A stretch of 64,000 nucleotides of DNA from Octopus vulgaris (taxonomy: Eukaryota): positions 81,592,001 through 81,656,000 of the forward strand of contig OX597815.1 of the NCBI GenBank assembly GCA_951406725.2, written 5' to 3'. Shown here in pieces: positions 56,408 to 64,000 of this stretch. Position numbers and translations under genes: made by a program. Below the pieces are notes generated by a model. That model saw only the letters and a program-made list of their open reading frames with translations, did no database searches and was not told where the DNA came from. Every line of letters begins with the position of its first letter. Positions within the stretch are counted from its first letter, which is position 1.

Positions 56408-57448
56408 ATAAAGAGAGAGAGGGAGAAAGTTAAAGACAGCGAGAGAGAGAGGTGGGGTATAAATAGCTAGTTGAATGTGTGTATGAATCCATGTATATTT
56501 ATATATGTGTGTGTGTGTGTGTGACAGAAGGATCTAGTTTTGCCACAGCTTTTAACTTGGTTAGTGGGAGCAGGATTTCCATCAATACCACCACCACCAC
56601 CACCACCATCACCACCACCACAGTCATCGCAAACACTGGTAACCAACAAACATGACCGCTTAATATTCACAATTTGCCGTCATCACCAGCATCAATACCA
56701 CAACTGTCGACGTCATATAGCAGTCAAATTTCCCCCTCAAAATCACACCTTATCATTTTCAAGTGAGCTTTTCTCCCCAGTATCAGCATGAAAAAAATGG
56801 AAGACAACAATTAGAAGAAAAGTAACAGTAGTAGCCGTAGTGATGGTAGAAGAAGAAGAAAGAGAAGAGAAATAAGAAAAACGATGAAAATTATTAGAAA
56901 CTTGTGTTCTTTTTTTTATTTTTCTCTTGATTATAATTGTTGAAGTAGTTCCTTTAAATTCTTTTTCCTTGTCTTTCTCTCTCTATCTCGCTCTCTCTCT
57001 TTCTCTCTTCCACTCCGACTTTCAATTATTTTCAATCTCGTTTTCTGATCTGTTCCTCCTCACACTCTTACTCTCTCCTCACCCTCCAGTGTAGTATATA
57101 TTATAAAGTCGCCAACGGGTTGTTTGTTAGAAGTGATACAGGCAACTTTTGGATGGGAAGACTTTAAAAAGACGTATATAACGAGACACAAGACGCACGG
57201 CAACTACACACAAAAGTTCGAGAGAGGGAGAGAGAGAGAGACTGAGGAGGAGAGAGAGAGACAGAGAAAGAAAGGGTTAGCCATAAAAGAGGAGAAGCAA
57301 CAGGCGATAATAGAAGGGCTGACACAAAACTGGGTAGAAGGGTAGAGGAAATCCATCCCAGACTTGAAGAATACCAGGATGGGAAATAGCTGTAGATCAA
57401 ACGGCAGCAGACACAATGGCAAATAAAAGAATGGTAAAGCGTTGTTAC

Positions 57449-57499
<51 letters not shown>

Positions 57500-57500
<1 letters not shown>

Positions 57501-57722
57501 TCGTTACTGTTTTACTTGTTTCAGTCATTTGACACTGTGACCATGCTGGAGCACCACATTTAGTCGAAGAAATCGACCCTCAGGACTTATTCTTTGTTAA
57601 GCCTAGTACTTATTCTATCGGTCCCTTTCGCCGAACCGCTACCTTACGGGGACATAAACACACCAGCATCGGTTGTCAAGTGATGTTAACATGTTAACAC
57701 AGACACACAAACACACACACAC

Positions 57723-57779
<57 letters not shown>

Positions 57780-57896
57780 AATATATGACGCACATCTTTC
57801 GGTTTCCGTCTACCAAATCCACTCACAAGGCTTTGGTCGGCCCGAAGCTATAATAGAAGACACTTGGCCAAAGTGGCACGCAGTGGGACTGAACCC
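57500..57896 (-). mobile_element. SINE family A, head truncated
   Basis: Reverse complement of the family from ttttacttgtttcagtcatttgac to cagtgggactgaaccc. Confidence 0.9.
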
Positions 57897-57959
57897 ATAT
57901 ATATATATATGTAAATGAATATGTATATATATATATGCATATATATGTATGTGTATATA

Positions 57960-58016
<57 letters not shown>

Positions 58017-58020
58017 TGAG

Positions 58021-58101
<81 letters not shown>

Positions 58102-58330
58102 TTTTTCCTCTGTCTTCCCTTCTCTGGATCTTTCCTTCTCCTATGTTTCCAACGAAAAGCTCCGCTCGAAACGCTAAAAGCCTCTTTCTTTCCTTCTTTC
58201 CTGAGCGTCCAATAATACTATATTTGTTCCACGTCCTCGTTGTTGTGTTTTTTTTTTTTGTGCTTTCTTGTTTGCATTAACTTCATATATATATACGAAT
58301 GAATATATATGTATATATATATATATGTGT

Positions 58331-58386
<56 letters not shown>

Positions 58387-58586
58387 CAATATATACAAAA
58401 ATATATATATATGGATGTATGTATATATATGAATATATATATATTTATGAATATATGTATATATGAAACATATATAAATCTATGTTAATATATATGTAGT
58501 TATATATATATATGTATGTATGCATATATATATATATGTATGTATATATATATATATATATGTATATATATGTACATATATGTAGA

Positions 58587-58621
<35 letters not shown>

Positions 58622-58824
58622 GTACATATATATATGTATACATGAATATATTAATATGCATTCTGGGTAATAACCTTAATGCGTGCTTTCCAAAGCTCTT
58701 CTCCGGGTATCGGCTACCATAGGGTCCCATATTGTAGGAATTCTTTGGTTACTGGATATACATGTGGAAATTCGCAATCATGAGTAAATTATGAAACACT
58801 CAATCATACACACTTATATACTGT

Positions 58825-58879
<55 letters not shown>

Positions 58880-58909
58880 GGTGTAATGTACATGTGTGAG
58901 TGGTTGTAT

Positions 58910-59075
58910 AGGCGCAGGAGTGGCTGTGTGGTAAGTAGCTTGCTTACCAACCACATGGTTCCGGGTTCAGTCCCACTGCGTGGCATCTTGGGCAAGTGTC
59001 TTCTGCTATAGCCTCGGGCCCACCAATGCCTTGTGAGTGGATTTGGTAGACGGAAACTGAAAGACGCCTGTCGTA

Positions 59076-59144
<69 letters not shown>

Positions 59145-59358
59145 GTGTGTATATGTCTGTGTGTCTGTGTTTGTCCCCCTAGCATTGCTTGACAACCGAT
59201 GCTGGTGCGTTTACGTCCCCGTCACTTAGCGGTTCGGCAAAAGAGACCGATAGAATAAGTACTAGGCTTACAAAGAATAAGTCCCGGGGTCGATTTGCTC
59301 GACTAAAGGCGGTGCTCCAGCATGGCCACAGTCAAATGACTGAAACAAGTAAAAGAGT
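58910..59358 (+). mobile_element. SINE family A, full-length reference copy
   Basis: tRNA-like head, cttgggcaagt (reminiscent of the CORE-SINE core), internal (TA)n(TG)n, gtcgatttgctcgac hairpin, tail cagtcaaatgactgaaacaagtaaaagag. Confidence 0.93.
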
Positions 59359-59367
59359 ATATATATA

Positions 59368-59416
<49 letters not shown>

Positions 59417-59516
59417 ATATGTTTATGTATATGTAAGTGTACATATTATATATATATCACGGTGTGCATATACAGGCGTGAATGAAAACACGTATCTATC
59501 TATCTATCTATCTATC

Positions 59517-59604
<88 letters not shown>

Positions 59605-59739
59605 CAGATAAAAACATGCTTCTGTCTATATATATGAACGTGTATCTATTTACAAAAATATAATGTATATATATATATATATATATACATGCATGTGCTT
59701 TTGTGTGTGTGTGTTTGTATCTGCATGTTTGTACATACA

Positions 59740-59772
<33 letters not shown>

Positions 59773-59974
59773 GTATGTATACACACACACACACACATAG
59801 GATATTCCCTTATAACATGTATTTACATGCACACGTACATGTATTTGCTGGTGCTTCAAATATTCTCTCATATATATCGCAATATAACTGCATACTTTTA
59901 AATATCCATATATATGTATATATGACCTATATGTGTCTGTGCATATGTATATGTATACATGTGTGTATACATAC

Positions 59975-60073
<99 letters not shown>

Positions 60074-60097
60074 CACGCACAGACATACATGCATGTA

Positions 60098-60362
60098 TTG
60101 AGACCCCCTTCGGTCATGATTGACCGTGGGATTGAACCTAGAAAGTTACCCTCCCAGGCACAAGTCCGGGCAAGGTTGTTTATGGAAGACCAGCAGTCGT
60201 CAATGCATACCGGCCTCCCCTCTCCATGCCAATAGTGCTATCCAAGAGAAAGGCAAAGGCCGATACAGCTTGGCACCTGTGACGTCGCAACTCATTTCTA
60301 CAGCAGAGTGAACAGAAGCAACGTGCCTTGCTCAAGAACACAACACGCAGCCCGGTCCGGGA
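60098..60362 (-). mobile_element. SINE related to family C with a different 3' body
   Basis: ctcatttctacagcagagtgaacagaagcaacgtgccttgctcaagaacacaacacgc matches the family C central motif in reverse. Confidence 0.65.
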
Positions 60363-60618
60363 TTTATATATATATATAGGTTCATACCACTCATACACAC
60401 ACACACGCACACACACAATGTGTACTGAAGGAAAAGGCCATTCATATTCTCAATAATTACTTTCACTCAAGTCCGAACTATCTGTCAGTTTATATATGTA
60501 TATTTATGATCTATGTATATAACATATGCACACACTCATTTTCTATATTTAAACAAATATGTTGCCTATATTGACAATATATTTCTATACAGTCACACAA
60601 TATATATATTTATTTATA

Positions 60619-60671
<53 letters not shown>

Positions 60672-60676
60672 TTATA

Positions 60677-60715
<39 letters not shown>

Positions 60716-60720
60716 TTATA

Positions 60721-60758
<38 letters not shown>

Positions 60759-60850
60759 TATATGTGTATGTATGTATGTATGTATGTATGCATGTATGTA
60801 TATATATCTATATATCTATATATATATATGTATATATGTATATATATGTG

Positions 60851-60894
<44 letters not shown>

Positions 60895-60948
60895 CATGTA
60901 TGTATATATATATATATGTATGTGTATGTATATATATATATATGTATG

Positions 60949-60983
<35 letters not shown>

Positions 60984-60999
60984 ATGTGTGTTTTACTGT

Positions 61000-61163
61000 T
61001 TTTCTTGTTTCAGTCATTTAACTGTGGCCGTGGTGGAGCACCGCCTTTAGTCGAACAAATCGACCCCATGACTTATTCTTTGTAAGTCTAGTACTTTTTC
61101 TATCGTTGGCTTTTGCCGAACTACTAAATTACGGGGACGTAAACACACCAACATCAGATGCCA
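61000..61163 (-). mobile_element. SINE family A, 3' part
   Basis: cttgtttcagtcattta...ggagcaccgcctttagtcgaacaaatcgacc...acggggacgtaaacacacca. Confidence 0.88.
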
Positions 61164-61414
61164 AGGACGGAGGCGTTTGTGCGTCTGCGGCTGGACTTGT
61201 GGATCTCACATAGATAACATAGTCACATGTGAGTCCATAAAATCTACTTTTAGGGGACGCACACCGTTGGTCCTGAGTATTGTTGAGAAATAATTTCACA
61301 CACCCTCACACACACACACTCACACGCACGCACATTTACATGCTTCCTATGTAAATTTATTATGTATGTAAAAATGGATACATAAGGATATGTGGGTATA
61401 TATGTATATGCATT

Positions 61415-61476
<62 letters not shown>

Positions 61477-61572
61477 GGAGTAAACACATAAATGTGAAAC
61501 AAGGTGGAAAAAAGAGTACTCAAATACCAGTGGTAGAGTAATATATATATATATATATGTATATATACATTA

Positions 61573-61608
<36 letters not shown>

Positions 61609-61702
61609 TGCGTATAACATGTGGGCGTATAACATATATCATATATGTGTGCATGAATAGATTTATATGTGTATATATGTTTTGATATATATATATAGAG
61701 AG

Positions 61703-61777
<75 letters not shown>

Positions 61778-61788
61778 CAGACAGATAT

Positions 61789-64000
61789 ATTTCTTTATTA
61801 GCCACACAGGGCTGAACACAGAGGGGACAAATTACAAAGTAGAGCTTTTCTTTTTGGGGAGAAAAAAAGAAAAAGAAAAAAGGGGGTAGGTATTCGATCA
61901 AAAGGGATCGTAAAAAAACGATCAATAGGGATCATTTATCACAGAAATTTCATGATGTAAAGTGTAAATGGGGAAACAGATAAGGTTTATCCGTGGAAAG
62001 AAAAGTCTACGGAAAAGACCACGGTAACCTCGGTCAATAATGTCATATGTTGACACATTTATTTGCAAGTAAGTAACTCTCTGTTTTAAATTTTTCCGGG
62101 TTCATAGGATTATGCTCAAGGTGGCTTCGTCATTCATACGTGCCATCCTTGCAACATTCACCCATTGTTTTTTTAAACACTCGCTAGACATTCGCCTCTC
62201 TACTCTCACTCTCCTTTTCAAGTGATACTTGAAGAAGTTGATAAGAGATTGACCAGAGAGGAAAGTGTTTGTCTCTAATCCTTTCAGACGCGTGCACCAG
62301 ATACATACTTTCGCCATAGCTACAAATATGATGAAAATAGCTCTTCCTTCCCGTTTGAAGGAAGGAAGCGTGACGATATTGACGATAGACTAGGCTGATA
62401 AACCGACTCGTCCCACACGTAACAGCAGTCGTTCAACATAAGCCCACAGGTCGGAAATGGTTAGACACTGCATGAGTGCGTGCAGAACAGTTTCGTCGCT
62501 CTGACCGCATCTCGAGCAGCTCGGCCCCATGTTTCTCGAGCCGTATCTATAGAGCTTATCCCGAACGGGTAGCGCTTCTCTGTAGCACTGCCAGGCCAGG
62601 GATCTCTGGAAGTTGTCCATAGGTACCGGCCCGAAAGTCGTCTTGAACAGGCGGGTAAGGTATTCCTCGTCGACGCCCAGGTTCGCCCCGAAATCGTCGT
62701 CGCACCTCTCCTCCCCTAATCCCCTATAGAATGCTTTGTTTGTGTTGAAGTCACTCAAGGTCAACCCGGGACGACATAGTTGCTTGAGAGCAACGCGACA
62801 CTCGCGGTGCCATTCACCCTTCCTCGGCCTCTTTTTGATCCACGACTGCAGTTCGGTCATGGAGACGAGCTGCGGAAACGCGTGCCTCACAAACGGTGAC
62901 CACACCTATTCACCGTCGTCTACATAGAGCCGGAGATGTCGCAGTCTCAGCGCGTGTCTGCGCATCATCAACCATGGCATGCCCAGCCCTCCTTTTAACG
63001 GGTGTTGACAGAAAATGGATCGCCTGACCATCGGGATGCATCCTTTCCACAAGAAGCAGAAGAGAAGGCGAGAGTGACCACCTTAGTCGTTATCTCGTTC
63101 CAGTTCTTCTCCATTTGGAGGTCCGGACCAAACTAGACCCCGAGCAACTCGACCGCACCGTCGGTCCAGCGTCCCACGACAGAGGTGCTGGTGGACGGCA
63201 TGGGCTTGCTTCTCCAGGTGCCGAGCCGCAAGCCCACTGACATTTCCCGGTTGATTTTCACTCCTGTTACCGCTTCGTAGTCTTTCAGTATCTCGCCGAC
63301 CAGCTCGATATGCTTTTGGCTAGACACTATGACGGTGACGTCGCGGGATGCCCCTCAGAGTCGCCAGCTTCCGCAGAGTGAATACGTATAGAAGCGATGA
63401 GAGAGAGGGAGCACCTCTGACGGACCGAACGTGCAATGTCGAAAGCTCACGATAGATGTCCATTTACGCGAATTACCGAACAGATGCCTCTGTACAAAGC
63501 AGCTATCCAGCCGCGGAAGACGAGACTGAAACCAGCCGCTCTGAGAACATCCTCCATGTATCGATGGTCTACCCTATCGAAAGCTTTCGATTGATCAAAA
63601 TTGATCAGGGCCCCACCCACGCCAGATTCCTTAACTACCCTGTCTATGATGTAACGCATCAGATGGAGGTTGTCATGGATGCTCCGGCCCGGCACGGCGC
63701 ACATCTGCGCCTTGTCGACCAGTTTCTCGATGACAAGCGCCAACCTCTTGGCTAACACCTTGGCCAAAATGTTCAAGTCTGCATTAAGCAGATGGGCCTA
63801 AAATTATCCATTACGTCCCCCTTGTTTGGATCTTTCTTCAGCAGTGTTACAGCTCCTCGGCTCACAAAACCGGGGATGCTCCCGTTTATCTGCCTGTTGC
63901 AGTACACCGCTGCCAAGACATCTCCAAACAAGTCTGGCATACAACTGTAAAGCTCGTAGGGTAGACCATCCAAACCCGGCGACTTGTCCCTCAAGCATTC
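61789..64000 (-). mobile_element. Tx1/L1-clade non-LTR retrotransposon, 3' part, degenerate (runs off the window)
   Basis: RT motifs KSPGLDG, NFRPI, ILAKVLAKRL and FDQSKAFDRVDH; C-terminal CSRC...ETVLHALMQC zinc knuckle; stop at 62102; 3' UTR ending aataaagaaat. Confidence 0.92.
62102..64000 (-). pseudogene. ORF2 reverse transcriptase pseudogene of the Tx1-like element
   Basis: Split over ORFs 63773-63994, 63447-63776, 63133-63327, 62390-62905 and 62102-62317 by frameshifts and stops; the YADD region near 63340 is partly deleted (only DVTVIVS remains). Confidence 0.9.

Noticed and set aside
59493-59545. (TATC)n-(GATA)n palindrome
   Set aside because: Strand switch within a simple microsatellite; no further structure.
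62736-63755. Plus-strand ORFs overlapping the LINE
   Set aside because: Antisense shadows of the GC-rich RT pseudogene.

Overview
Animal genomic DNA, AT-rich and saturated with microsatellites ((TA)n, (CA)n, (GATA)n, (TACA)n). The repeat landscape looks like an octopus (coleoid cephalopod) genome; this is pattern recognition, not a database result. Almost all ORFs in the track are microsatellite translation artefacts. The window holds: (1) dozens of copies or fragments of at least four SINE-like families; (2) relics of three non-LTR retrotransposon clades: a Tx1/L1-type element at 61.8-64 kb with a second 3' fragment at 43.2 kb, RTE fragments, and a CRE-type endonuclease fragment; (3) several MITE- and Helentron-like elements; (4) small elements carrying hammerhead-ribozyme-like motifs; (5) a tentative first coding exon of a minus-strand gene at 52.55-52.68 kb, which would make most of the window one very large intron. 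The most striking object is a ~530-bp non-coding insertion at 44.15-44.70 kb. It consists of about 1.45 copies of a 365-bp structured monomer around a near-canonical type I hammerhead and is bounded by a target-site duplication, the architecture expected of a retrozyme or Penelope-mobilised small RNA. Also notable are a tRNA-headed, hammerhead-tailed inverted element at 16.5 kb and a SINE that shares its 3' tail with the Tx1-like LINE.
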